DNA of 62,516 bases, the filler included, from Globobulimina sp. (lineage: Eukaryota), in NCBI GenBank assembly GCA_003354225.1. It is 27 parts of 27 records of this genome, joined end to end, with 100 filler letters (N's around TTAATTAATTAA, not from the genome) between each part and the next. Parts side by side here need not be neighbours in the genome. Positions count along the whole stretch, not along the records: positions 1 to 2,220 come from PIVH01008098.1; positions 2,321 to 4,540 come from PIVH01008099.1; positions 4,641 to 6,860 come from PIVH01008100.1; positions 6,961 to 9,180 come from PIVH01008101.1; positions 9,281 to 11,500 come from PIVH01008102.1; positions 11,601 to 13,820 come from PIVH01008103.1; 21 more parts are not named here. One strand, 5' to 3'. Shown here piece after piece: positions 1 through 11,740 of the stretch; position 1 is the stretch's first letter; each line of letters begins with the position of its first letter. The notes under the pieces were generated by a model that did no database searches, had not been told where the DNA came from, and worked only from the letters and a program-made list of their open reading frames with translations. The translations under genes were made by a program, and so were the position numbers.

Positions 1-1178
1 CTGTTCCCGTTGCCGTTGCCGTTTATGTTCATTCCTTTCAAACGTAGATTTGTCAGACACTGCTCCGACATATTCCTCCTTCGTTTCATTATTCTTTTTA
101 AATTTCCTCTTAATCATTCCACTCCAACTTTTCATCCCATCCAAAATCCCTTCCGTTTTATCCAAACCTTGGTCAATTTCATGCAAATCCTTATCGATTC
201 TCAGCAGATCATGCCGCTGATCGTCCAATTTCTGCGCCGTATCCGCTGCAATATACTGAGTATCATAACTTGTTTTCAATGCTTCGTCCAACAATCCATC
301 ATTTTTATCTTCTAACTCTTGAATCCGTTCTTGTGCCTCGCGCTCCGTTATAAGCTCATTCTGCTCATTGCGCCGCTTATATTTGGACACAAAAACGTTA
401 TTATCATCATGCCTGTCCTTGAGCAGATTATTTTTAATTTTGAGCGTGGCATCAATTTGGCGGTTATCCTCCTCATCGGACTCCCAGTCATCATATGCAT
501 TGTCATTGTAACGCCTTTTATGGTTTATGTTAACTTTGCCGCCGTTGGGAGTATGTCTGATGGCGAATATATTTTGTTTCTCGCTTTGATTGTTTGTATA
601 TGAGTATGAAATGGAAGCTTTCTCAATTTTATGTGCGTCCCAGTTATCGTCCACTACTTCGCGGATCTTTTGGATCCAATGATCGCGGTCTGTCGAGCTG
701 GCCACACAAAATTGGTACGTTCGTTTGGATGTAACTACACAAAATCTGTGGCGTTGGCAGCGTGCGAGGATATGTATTTGCCTTTGTACATATTACAGAG
801 TGCATACCCATGGTGTTTGGAGTCGGAAGTCTTTGACGAACGCTTAATGTGATGGATTGTGAGGGGTTTCAAGAATATGGTGCCTTTTTTAGAGACCATA
901 GATTCGTCGCTATAATATCCAAGTTGGTGTTTGCTGCTTAATTGAAGGTAGCGCTTTTTCCATCCGGTGTAGCTTTGAGGGCCTTTTTTTAAGACCCAAC
1001 CTTCTTTGACTGCATCTGCGAACAATCCACTTGAGGATGTTGATGAAATATGTTTCGATGATTTAAGTTTAGGCTTAATATTTGTGTTTGGACGGGGTTT
1101 ATTTATGTTTGGCTTATTTGTGTTTGGGTGTGCAGGTCCTTGGGGTGTTTGATAGTTGTCATCATCGTAAGCTGCCAT
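1..1178 (-). CDS. PH-domain protein with C-terminal coiled coil (3' truncated)
   Basis: KEGWVLKKGPQSYTGWKKRYLQL; removing the GT-AG intron 746-807 restores the PH end HGFCVVTSKRTYQFCVASSTDRDHWIQKI. Confidence 0.85.
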
Positions 1179-1255
1179 TGTTTTGAATTAAATTTGAACC
1201 AAAGTTGGAGGTTTTTTTGATAGTTGATTAATATAATAAAAGTCACGTATTTATT

Positions 1256-2140
1256 TCAATATTTGCAGTAGCTGTATGTCTGACCATTTTGAATGTATTG
1301 GATTCTTCCATAACAAACATCATCAATATTGGAATTGACTAAACTCAGATCCTCGCTATGATATCGATCACGTATCTTAAAGCAGTTCAACTCTTCATTT
1401 GAGCCGCAATATGCTTCAAAAACGAATTTATTATCGTATTTATGATACTTTTTATTTACAGTAACATCATTGCAGTTATTTTTGCACTTTACATACAAAT
1501 AATTTATAAATTGAACATTTATTTTATTTCCATTGCATGATTCTTTTCCAACACATAAAATATTTATTTTATTCCAATCCGAATTCATAATCTTTGAAAA
1601 ATCATATATTATATTATTACACGACTTATATCCATTGCATTCAATGTTGATTCGAGTATTTTCATTTGAGGATAAAATATTTGTAATTTGAAACAAAGCA
1701 ATATTTGAGCACGATTGAGCACCATTACACTCAATAACTACATTTGTAATGTTTGATATTTTTAATACAAATCCATTTGAACAGGACATAAAAGCATTGC
1801 AATGGATAATTAGATATGAATTGTCCTCACAGATTATTGTTGTTTTATCTGTACAGCTTTCTCTTCCGTCGCATTTAATGTTGCATGTATTCATATCGCT
1901 ACAAATGATGTTTGAAATGCATGAGCGATAATCTTTACAAACCACAAAACACTCATTTATATCATCAGAGCATTTAATAGTTTGTTTATAAAAAAATCCT
2001 GCTCTTTCTGACCTATATAATTCACCATCTTGGGTTCTTAGTGTGACCGTTGCATATTTTATGCTATTTCCAACACAATATATCATCCAAAATATAAGTA
2101 TAAGCGGCACACATGCCATTATAAAGATGAAGTGTCCCAC
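1256..2140 (-). CDS. Cys-rich repeat protein, secreted or membrane-anchored
   Basis: Hydrophobic N-terminus; about 6 repeats of I.C.G..SC (IKCDGRESC, IECNGAQSC, IECNGYKSC, ILCVGKESC). Confidence 0.7.
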   Translation of the reverse strand: MGHFIFIMACVPLILIFWMIYCVGNSIKYATVTLRTQDGELYRSERAGFFYKQTIKCSDDINECFVVCKDYRSCISNIICSDMNTCNIKCDGRESCTDKTTIICEDNSYLIIHCNAFMSCSNGFVLKISNITNVVIECNGAQSCSNIALFQITNILSSNENTRINIECNGYKSCNNIIYDFSKIMNSDWNKINILCVGKESCNGNKINVQFINYLYVKCKNNCNDVTVNKKYHKYDNKFVFEAYCGSNEELNCFKIRDRYHSEDLSLVNSNIDDVCYGRIQYIQNGQTYSYCKY

Positions 2141-2220
2141 TTAAAAAGTATTAATCATGGCACCGTAACTATATTGCATTCAAACAATGCACTGATTGTC
2201 TGATTCTAATCTTTAAATTC

Positions 2221-2320
2221 NNNNNNNNNNNNNNNNNNNNNNNNNNNNNNNNNNNNNNNNNNNNTTAATTAATTAANNNNNNNNNNNNNNNNNNNNNNNN
2301 NNNNNNNNNNNNNNNNNNNN
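2221..2320. other. Artificial contig linker (first of 26; last at 60199-60298)
   Basis: N44-TTAATTAATTAA-N44, with stops in all six frames, recurring every ~2320 nt; contig lengths fall from 2220 to 2218. Confidence 0.99.
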
Positions 2321-4540
2321 AGTATTGCAAAAAGAAGTTGCCATCCATTCAGATTGAACATATTTTAGCATTGATGATATACTGCAACTTCGACGATTTG
2401 CAGTGTAATCTGAGCAAAACTTACAGAGAGAATATGGCCAAACATACTAGTTTCTTTTGGATGGGCAAATACTTAAAAGAGGCGGTGCACCAATTTGGGA
2501 CTCGTGCGAATCGAGGATTTGTTGATACTTTTTATCATGGAATTGGAGAACAATTAGTATTTCCCAGCTATATTCACGATGTTTGCATTAAATGTCCTGT
2601 GTCGACATCTACGTCGTTTGAAGTTGCCATCAATTTTGCAATGGCAAACACAAAAGGATTAGTGATCCAATTTGATGGCTCACATTGTTTTGATAAATAT
2701 TTCCCAGCGCATTGGTTGTCAGACTATGCGAATGAAAGCGAATGTTTATTCATTCAGAATCAATATTCTTTGCAGATCGCAAACATTACAGACACGGAAC
2801 TATTTGGAGACTATGATATGATTCTATGCGCATTGCGTGTTATTGATAAAATATTCAGTAATCAGCACATTAGTGGCTGCGGAATTAAATTATTGCGAGA
2901 AACGAATTTGATTCCCGCTCTGATTGCAAATCAATTATCAAAATCATTGCCTTCGTACAAGCGGTTGTCATCGCTATCATTGTATGCGCAGAAAATGGTT
3001 GATGTAGCTTTCAAAAATAAGACAATTGTCCATTTGGACGGTGACCGATGCAAATATGTCACAGCATTCATAGACAGCGAGCGGATTAACATCAAGTATT
3101 TGAATATTTTATTTCCAAACATATCACTCATTTCAGTGCAACATATCAGTTTATCACCAACATTGATTGAAAACATGCTGCAGCATTTAAAAGGAATCCA
3201 ATTGGGACATAAATCCAAATTGAAATGCATAGAATTGTGTGACATGACAGCTGCAGCAACAATGGCCGCATCTAAGTATGATGCCGCATTTCAAGCGCTG
3301 CAATTTAGAATCATGCAACGTGATAAATCATTATACATTGAACAACAACAAAACAACACTGCACGTCCACTATCTATGGCTATGCATAACTTTTCCTTAG
3401 ATTCGGATCCAATATATTATGATTTATATAAATATTTCAAAGGCAACAAGATCATATCCAAACTCATTTTAGCTGCGTATGAATGGTCAATGGAACCCAA
3501 CATTGGCGAAGCCATTCCATTGACATATATTATTACTTACCTTTTGGACCATAATTTGAATGAATATTACTTTCGTCCAAATAACCAGTCACATTTCACG
3601 TATCTGTTAACAAATACATGTGGATTACGGCAAGAAACAGCGAATTTTATCTGGAATTATATGCATTCAACAAAGTGTACACTTCCGTCGTTTCAACCAT
3701 TCGAACAGCGATTGACTGCTTGTAATGGAGACTGTGGATCAAAATTTTCACAACTCATTGACTTATGCGCTCATCAAAAAGTTAGATATCATTTTCTTAA
3801 TTGTTTGGAATGTGTTAAGTTTGTTTTTGTTTTCCTCTCAGAACATTGGCTCAGTGCGTCACTGGAAACAAACCATTGAGGATGAAATGTGGTGCTCCGA
3901 ATTGCCTTCACGGGCATTGTTGATCGAAGCGATGAAACACAAACAAATAATCAGACAAAATGCGTTTTATTCGCAAATATATAACAAGTTATCGAATGAA
4001 AATGTTTTTGTTAAAGGCATTAAATGGAGCCACCAAATAATAGCATTATTATCAATGTTGTCGTTGGATAATCACATGGATATACTGGCAAATCTGGCAA
4101 ATTCTTGCTGTGAAATGGCAAATAATTCATTCTTGAAAGAAATTAATAAATATCATCTACAAAAAATAAATAAGTTGCGGTCCGAATTACAAATAATTTC
4201 GTCGATGATAGAAGACGAAGCGTATCAAGACATAAAATATGGACTCCTTAAACATAAACGCAAATTGAAACAGCAAATTGCAAATATTGCGCCTATGAGA
4301 GTGCATAAACGTTATTACAAACATAGAATTGGGCAAATTCGACATTCAAAACAATATATAGCTATGAAAAAGAAAAACATACAATTATCAAATCTGGAGA
4401 TATTAAGTATTATATTATATTGTGATAATGATATATTTGCAAACCAATTGCGAGCATCGCACAGAAATATCAATGTCAATTCATGTGCATGGAAGAAATT
4501 ATTTACTTTTTTACACTCTGCAATAGACAAAATTTTCCGA
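2321..4540 (+). CDS. ADP-ribosyltransferase-like protein with two ART-like modules (partial at both ends)
   Basis: ILALMIYCN...FYHG...STSTS...SDYANESECLF; intron 3781-3841 joins the two ORFs in frame; a second module starts at LEILSIILYCD. Confidence 0.6.
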
Positions 4541-4640
4541 NNNNNNNNNNNNNNNNNNNNNNNNNNNNNNNNNNNNNNNNNNNNTTAATTAATTAANNNN
4601 NNNNNNNNNNNNNNNNNNNNNNNNNNNNNNNNNNNNNNNN

Positions 4641-4988
4641 AATACAGATGAAACCCTGAGCGATGATGAAATTATTCTACGGTATAATGTCAACGGCATT
4701 GAATTGAACGAGGCTGGTTTCAATAAGCTGACCAAGGAGATTGATTTAAAAACCATAAACTGCATGATCCCTGAGATGCAAAAAGAGCCGATAATTATCC
4801 ATACAGGAAAATTTCCTTTGGTTACAGGTACCTTTCAGCGCCTGATTATCAGGGAGGACTGGGTTCAGGAAATGAATCCCACTGATTACAAGCCAATGGG
4901 GAAATTGAACCGGAAATACTATGAGGTTTGTACCCATGGTGCATTGAAGAAGTACGTGGAAAAACGAGAGCAGTGGAAAACATTATAA
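4641..4988 (+). CDS. 3' end of a bacterial-type protein of unknown function
   Basis: Frame open from the contig edge; intronless, higher GC, directly upstream of a bacterial promoter and gene. Confidence 0.55.
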   Translation, partial: NTDETLSDDEIILRYNVNGIELNEAGFNKLTKEIDLKTINCMIPEMQKEPIIIHTGKFPLVTGTFQRLIIREDWVQEMNPTDYKPMGKLNRKYYEVCTHGALKKYVEKREQWKTL

Positions 4989-5019
4989 TTCTTCGACTGG
5001 CTCCCAGTATTTGATGGAC

Positions 5020-5047
5020 TTGACATTTAGTTGAGAAGTTTTATCAT
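5020..5047 (+). promoter_or_regulatory. Sigma70-type promoter of the cytochrome c3 gene
   Basis: TTGACA (5020-5025), 16-nt spacer, TATCAT (5042-5047); SD GAGGAGG at 5139-5145. Confidence 0.6.
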
Positions 5048-5072
5048 TTGGCCCGGTTTTGTTACTTAAATG

Positions 5073-5105
5073 GAAAGGGGACAGATTTAAAATCTGTCCC
5101 CCTTC
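5073..5105. repeat. REP-like palindrome
   Basis: GGGGACAGATTT-A-AAATCTGTCCCC, perfect 12-bp arms (5077-5101), extended by GAA/TTC. Confidence 0.7.
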
Positions 5106-5150
5106 AAAATAAATCAGAGTAGTAAAAGATGAATTATTGAGGAGGAATAA

Positions 5151-5522
5151 ATGAAAGTTGTGAGGGGCTTGAAATTAATTATTATGGGCGTGGCGTTACT
5201 ATTTATTGCCGGGAATGCTTTTGGCGTAGAGGTCAGCATTGGTCCGGCAGATATTACCCTGCAGACTGAGGCAGCAAGAAAACCGGCTGATTTCCCGCAT
5301 CGTCAGCATCAGGATTCATATGCCTGCACCAAATGTCATCATGCCAAAGACGAAGTCATGGTGATCGACAAATGCGCCAGCTGTCATACTAAGGAAATAG
5401 CTAATGCAGATGTCAACAGCTATAAGAAGGCAGCACATAAACTGTGCAAGGATTGCCATAAAACGGTGAACAAAGAAGGCAGTGAGGCACCGATTAAATG
5501 CAGTGGCTGTCATTGGTTGTGA
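5151..5522 (+). CDS. Tetraheme class III cytochrome c (cytochrome c3), bacterial
   Basis: Signal peptide, FPHRQH, four CxxCH motifs (CTKCH, CASCH, CKDCH, CSGCH), AAH ligand; SD 5 nt upstream. The last codons may be chimeric. Confidence 0.92.
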   Translation: MKVVRGLKLIIMGVALLFIAGNAFGVEVSIGPADITLQTEAARKPADFPHRQHQDSYACTKCHHAKDEVMVIDKCASCHTKEIANADVNSYKKAAHKLCKDCHKTVNKEGSEAPIKCSGCHWL

Positions 5523-5765
5523 ATGGCAAAGTGGACTGAAGATTGTTAAAAAACAAGCAGATGCATGGAATATAGGACATGGTGCATGATGGATGGATGG
5601 CATTGATGGCGGTCATGAAGAAACCACAAATTATTTCAGCACAAATTATTTCGCTCGCGCTTGTCCTTTTTTTACAAAACCAAAACTTTTTAGCTGCAGC
5701 AACGTTCATGTTTACTTTGGCTTCATTTTATTATAATTAATATTATATAACAAGGCGTATTTAAA

Positions 5766-6860
5766 ATGGGTACAGGATGTGTAACAGCTCCAATAAACTC
5801 TGCTGATATACAATATGCAAAAGAAGGAAATATATCACAATTACAATCAACATTGCATCCAAAAAGTATTACAGACTCTTCTAACAATAACAATGACAAT
5901 AACAAACTCATCAAAACCAATCAATTCACCAATTTAAAAACCGTTAATTGTTCGAGTTTATCTTCTTCCAAAACAGAGTTGACAGCGCTAGCCACTGACA
6001 AGCACGAAACCACAGAATGTGAACACGTGCCCCCACAAAATAAAAAAGACAAAAATAAAATTCCTCCAATGCGTAGACGCAAATCCATCAGAAAAGTATC
6101 CTTTGATTCAAATCAAAAAAACGAGTATGAAATATTAAATCCGCACGTATCATCAAATAAATCTTCATCCAGCTTATTATCCGCAGCATTCATGGACTAT
6201 CAAGTACCAAATTTACCTCTACGTTTTTCTAAAAGCAATGAAATGTGGCATAATGAATATACATTATTCACACAAACACTGTCAAACATATTACATTCTA
6301 CACATCAAATCGATAAAAGTCCGGGAATTTTCTTAACTAAAACGATATTAGAATTTGCAGAGATTGACATCGTTTATAAATTAAATAAACGGTTTCCTAT
6401 AAATCGTGGTTTATGGCCACACGAATATATATTAAATGCATCAAAAGCCGACACAAATATAAATGGAAACGGTATGATTATAAATGCGATTCGTGATGAA
6501 TTAATCGATTCATTCAACTTCCAATCCATATTTGAACAATGCGGCAACTGTTTTTCAAAAAGATTTGTACCCGATTCCAATTTTAAAATGGAGAATTTCT
6601 TCATTCATGGAGTGTATAATATGGATACAAATGAAGGATATACATCAACTGTGAGTGCTGTAAACCCATTGAGATTCAACATATATTCGCATGATATTAT
6701 GATTTGTAAGAAAGGGTTTCATATTGAAAGACATAACGAGTATTATGAGCAATGTGATAAGCAAGTTGTGTCTGATAATGACGAGCACCAACCATCGTAT
6801 TATTTCACTCTGTTATTATTACCACCAAATATTCAAACATATCAAGGTTTGTAGGCATAA
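5766..6860 (+). CDS. Eukaryotic protein with possible degenerate 2OG-Fe(II) oxygenase-like C-terminal domain (partial)
   Basis: MGTGC acylation-like start, N/S-rich linker, KKGFHIERH...YFTLLLLPP...YQG followed by a probable GT donor. Confidence 0.45.
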
Positions 6861-7050
6861 NNNNNNNNNNNNNNNNNNNNNNNNNNNNNNNNNNNNNNNN
6901 NNNNTTAATTAATTAANNNNNNNNNNNNNNNNNNNNNNNNNNNNNNNNNNNNNNNNNNNNTGTATGTAGGTATGTAAGTTTGTGTTGAAGAATGATGAGT
7001 TGATGTTTGTTTGTTGCAAAAACCTTTTAGTTGTTGAGTTAACTAAATAT

Positions 7051-7344
7051 AGATTCAATGGCAATCATTTTTCTGCAATATTGTTTTATAAACCCAAACA
7101 TAGTCAATTTCCATCTATTATACCATTGAGTAATTCTTGCGCTTCATCGGTTGATGTATATTCGGTTGACAACAATAATAATTTCTGATATTAGACGCGT
7201 TTTTTGCGGAACAGCAATGTGGTGCTTATAGCATGTTTCGCAAAACCAGATTTGTGACAAAGTAAAACGAATTGCAAGGGTTTTTGCGGCACAGTTTTTC
7301 AATTCAGAAAATGATTTGCGGAACGAGTATACAGTGTATCGCAA
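7051..7344 (-). pseudogene. Decayed tandem copy of the 7452-8546 gene
   Basis: 7051-7134 aligns to 8016-8142 with a 43-nt deletion; CAAKT...CYKH resembles the parent's Cys/His motif. Confidence 0.65.
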
Positions 7345-7451
7345 AGTTTATATACACGAAAGTTTGAACCCCACAAAATATAATCAAATGCAGATCATCA
7401 GGAGTTGAAAAAGAATATCACACAAAAACTTCAACATTTAATACAACCAAA

Positions 7452-8546
7452 TTACAAAACTACACAACTTTGGTTTCTTCTGTTTTCTTCTCTTCTTTTT
7501 TTATCTAAAAAACGATATCGTCGCGTTATCCCATTTCCATCTGGATACGCCCCCAAATATTTATGATCTTTTGATTCTAACTTTTGCCAGAAACACTCTT
7601 TAAAATATTCATTATTCTTGCTTTTCAATTCAAATTCAGCAATGTCATTATATTGATCCATGATATCGAACAAAGCAATCGATATTTTGGCTAAAGATGT
7701 TCTTGTTTTATACAAATGATTGCCAACAATATCTGTAATTTCTTGCTCGCCTTTAATCGCTTGCATCTTTGACACAATATATTTATTCCCATGTAATATT
7801 TCAACAGATAATGATAATTTAATAAATGAAAACCATCCATTATTTTGCAGTTGTTGTTGCACAGAACGAATATTTTTATTTGTTGCTGGGATTTTCTTCT
7901 CATCCAATTTAATGATGACACAATTTTCTGTATTACCTTTTGGTTCATAAATATCGTATTTAAACGGTCTGCGAGTGGTTGAAGTATATAAATAGCGGTC
8001 TGTTGGGTCAACATGAGATTCAATGGCAATCGTATTTCTGTAATATTGTTTTATAAAATATTCATTCGATAATCTTGGATAAATGGGGTTGTATAATAAG
8101 CCCAAACCGAGCCAATTTCCATCTGTTATACCATTGAGTAATCGATTGTGTCCTACAGCTAAACCATTCTCCTCCAATTTCTTACTATTCACCGATACAA
8201 GCTTGCTTCTTATTGGAAATCCATTCTCCCATTCATACAAACTAGTTTCCAAACTATATTCTTCATAAAATTGAATGATTCGATCAGTGTCTGAATCACA
8301 AAGTGGCTGTTCATCCAATGTAAGCGGAATGATATTTTGAAAGTTTGTTGATACCAAATTATTATTTTGGTTTGAATGCTGGTAACAATAAGTGTCAGTT
8401 TTCTTTACTTTTCGTTTGCACCTCATTGCTTTTACAGTGCGACCGAGACATCGTTTCTTTCGTTTTCTAAGTTGTCCATCAGAGTCTTCTGATAATAATC
8501 TTGTTCTGTTCCTCTTGCGATTCTTCTGGTGTCGCCTTTTCGACAT
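7452..8546 (-). CDS. Intronless orphan protein with basic N-terminus and C-C-C-H zinc-finger-like motif
   Basis: 364-aa ORF; CLGRTVKAMRCKRKVKKTDTYCYQH. Confidence 0.65.
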   Translation of the reverse strand: MSKRRHQKNRKRNRTRLLSEDSDGQLRKRKKRCLGRTVKAMRCKRKVKKTDTYCYQHSNQNNNLVSTNFQNIIPLTLDEQPLCDSDTDRIIQFYEEYSLETSLYEWENGFPIRSKLVSVNSKKLEENGLAVGHNRLLNGITDGNWLGLGLLYNPIYPRLSNEYFIKQYYRNTIAIESHVDPTDRYLYTSTTRRPFKYDIYEPKGNTENCVIIKLDEKKIPATNKNIRSVQQQLQNNGWFSFIKLSLSVEILHGNKYIVSKMQAIKGEQEITDIVGNHLYKTRTSLAKISIALFDIMDQYNDIAEFELKSKNNEYFKECFWQKLESKDHKYLGAYPDGNGITRRYRFLDKKRREENRRNQSCVVL

Positions 8547-8737
8547 GCTTGAAATAATGTTTCTTGCAATAATAATAATAATATCTGATATTTATAGCAT
8601 TCATAATTGATAATGGAATAGTAGCTGTTGAAATAAGTGTCAGAAGCAAATTGAAAAACTTTCAGCTTCACATTTATAATTACACATCCGTCAGTTGTCA
8701 ATCAGTTGCGTGCTAACACCTTTCTCGCGTGCATTAA

Positions 8738-9180
8738 ATGTCAGATTTAATAAATATAGTAAACAACCGTATTAATCAAATGGTGAATGGAGGGCCTATA
8801 TCATCTCATTCAAGTGTTAATCAACAAGAGTTGAAAATATTATTTGTCAAATTGACAACAGAAGTCAGGAATAAGAATTTTGGTCCACAAGGATCTTGGT
8901 TTCACTCAAGAAAGGTAACATTTTTTGTACTTCGTAATGCTGCATACAATTATCTTGGACGTAAAGTATTACCATCATGTGGTCATCATAGTGTTGTCTT
9001 GTGTTTCAAAAGCACAATACGGGACACAGTGGCAGAAAACAATCCTGCTGAATTGGGTTTGTTAAAACTCGAATTAATTGTAAGTGGACACATTCAAATA
9101 AAATGGGAAATTGCTCGTGGTTTAGATGCCAGACAAGATTTTGACAAATGGATGAAACAGGATCGATTACGGATCATCAC
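8738..9180 (+). CDS. Hypothetical protein (3' truncated)
   Basis: ATG-initiated ORF open to the contig end, divergent from 7452-8546. Confidence 0.45.
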
Positions 9181-9280
9181 NNNNNNNNNNNNNNNNNNNN
9201 NNNNNNNNNNNNNNNNNNNNNNNNTTAATTAATTAANNNNNNNNNNNNNNNNNNNNNNNNNNNNNNNNNNNNNNNNNNNN

Positions 9281-11420
9281 ACCAAATATTATCACATTCT
9301 CAATAATCGATGATAAATCTAACACTTTTTCCTTTTCCTGCAATTCCTTTTTTTCTCTTTTTTTATCTCTCCTTTTCTTTAGAAATTTGCTAAATTTTGA
9401 CGTGTCTCCATCTTCAGCTTCAGCTTCGTCCGTGTCTTGGTTGTCTTGTTTATCATTATCATTATCTTTATATCTTTTCACTAATTCTTTTAATGCATAA
9501 AATATTACTCGCGCACCTAAAGAATATCCAATTAAAGTGACCGGTCTCCTGCCATGATTGCCCGACGCTAAGCAATCTGCTAAAACCAAGCCAGCTTCTT
9601 TTGATTTAGCAAAGGCCACAGACCATGGATTATCAATGTAGTGCGCCACCGATATTAATGCCACTGGCCAGGTTAATGCGGCAACCAATGTCGCAAATGC
9701 TGTGTAGCCAATACCTACTTTGGCCGCAGTCGTTACAGTGCCGGATACGGCTCGTTTTGCCACAAATTTTTTCAATCCTTCCCCTAAAGACAATAAACAT
9801 TCACTCTCAAATTGTAATGTATAGCAATCGCTTGAAACACAGTTTGGAAGCAATATATCTCGCCAATAGTTTATATTTTCTTCGTTATTATCATCCTCAT
9901 CCTCATCCTCATCATCATCATCGTTATCGTCTGCATCTAACCATCCACTGATTGTAATAATTACATTTAAGCCATTAGTATTTTTATTCAATGAAATGAA
10001 GTTAAAATCATCTATTTGTGAGACTGTATTATGCATTTTGGAGCCGGCATAGCCAGCGCCAGTAACACCAAATAATAGGTATAATGTGGTGGTGCCAGTA
10101 GTGGTTAATAAGAAGGTGGACGTTGCCGTCAGTCCAATGGCGCCTAATCCAGCAGCCACTGCGGGTGCAGCTATTCCACCGGTCACTGCAATTAAAACAC
10201 CAGAAATAACACCAACGGCGCCAATTTTTGCCCATCGACCATAATTTTTTGTGCTTGATTTTGCCTGTTTTTTTTCTAATAACACATGCAAAATAACACC
10301 GAATGAATATTCACGAATAATGAAGTCATCGCGCCATGACAGATTGCAATATCTTATTATTGACTTTAACAGTGATCGTAAGCGCGAATCATAATATCCA
10401 TTGTGTGATATTGCAAATTGTAATAATAACAATGGTATGCGTAATAAATTGAGATTATTTTTATTTAAGTCCCAATTTAAAGTTTCAAAAAATGGCTCCG
10501 GATCAACCCATTCGTTTTCTAAAAAATATAAATAGCCAATAATCTGTTCCAAAATGCAAACAAAACAAAACAAAAACAAAAACAGAATGCATTCAACATA
10601 TTAAAATATATACAATTACAAACCTGCGTGTTTCCTATTTTTAGATATTGACAAAAGGATTGCAAAAAAGACTTAGCCCAAATAAGATTTGTTGATGTAA
10701 GCGAACAATAATACTTTGGTTTCTTTATAATCGAAGACATTATAAATCCAATATCTTCATCGTCATTGTCATTGTCATCGTCATCCCATAATGTGTTTGG
10801 TGGTGCTTTTGTAATTGGAATTGGATAAATCAAATGTGCCTCTTCAATATCATTATCTTCTGTTTTTTCTTCAATATTGTTCATGTTGGCGTTCATATTG
10901 AGATTATTTAATTTAGCAACATATTTATGACAGTGATAATATCGATGAATATGGTTTGTAATAAAACATGCAATAATTTGTGCAATACAATGTTGCTGAG
11001 TTCCTGAAAATTGTGAGGGATCCATCAATTCATTTAATTCTTTAACTTGTTCTTTCAACGCATCAGCACTCAAAACAGAATGAACAGATTCATTCTTCAT
11101 TGAATCTAATTCTTCTCTGGTTGCTTGTGCCATGGCCTACTAAATTGAAAATAACGCACACTGTGAGCTAAACAACAAAACAAACTGTTAAGAGTTAGAA
11201 ATATTTTTAAAACACAATGGATGTGAAATATTTGCGGATAGTATGCTTTTCGAGTTGATTGATAACCAAAATCAGACACCATGGAAATCTTCAATTACTA
11301 GTACATTATTGTTGGTTGACGCATTTGACTCATTTCTCAATTCTGTTATTAATCGATTCATTTCTTGTGAATCAATCTGTTCTCCGTATTGGTCTCTTCT
11401 TAAATTGTCATATATAATCA
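9281..11420 (-). CDS. TMCO4: DUF726 / TMCO4-family alpha/beta-hydrolase-like membrane protein (partial, spliced)
   Basis: TGGIAAPAVAAGLG, IDNPWSVA, GRRPVTLIGYSLGARVIF; introns near 10545-10624 and 11135-11279; 5' end uncertain. Confidence 0.88.
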
Positions 11421-11740
11421 ATAAAATCAATGAGATTATGCCCAGTGAAGCTAATACATAAAATATAAAATTACCAATTTGATATCATTCGCGTGTTGAA
11501 NNNNNNNNNNNNNNNNNNNNNNNNNNNNNNNNNNNNNNNNNNNNTTAATTAATTAANNNNNNNNNNNNNNNNNNNNNNNNNNNNNNNNNNNNNNNNNNNN
11601 CTTCAATTAGTTTTTTATTCTTTCAATCTGTGCTTGTTTATTTACTTCTCGTAAACTTTTTCCTGTTTTAGTGAAAAAGTGATGATTTGATAAGAATTTA
11701 TAATACAGTTTTTGATGACTAGCTCACCTCACAAACGACA

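Noticed and set aside
10-852. Plus-strand ORFs 10-315, 319-603, 631-852 and similar antisense ORFs (e.g. 60555-61730)
   Set aside because: Shadows of well-supported genes on the opposite strand.
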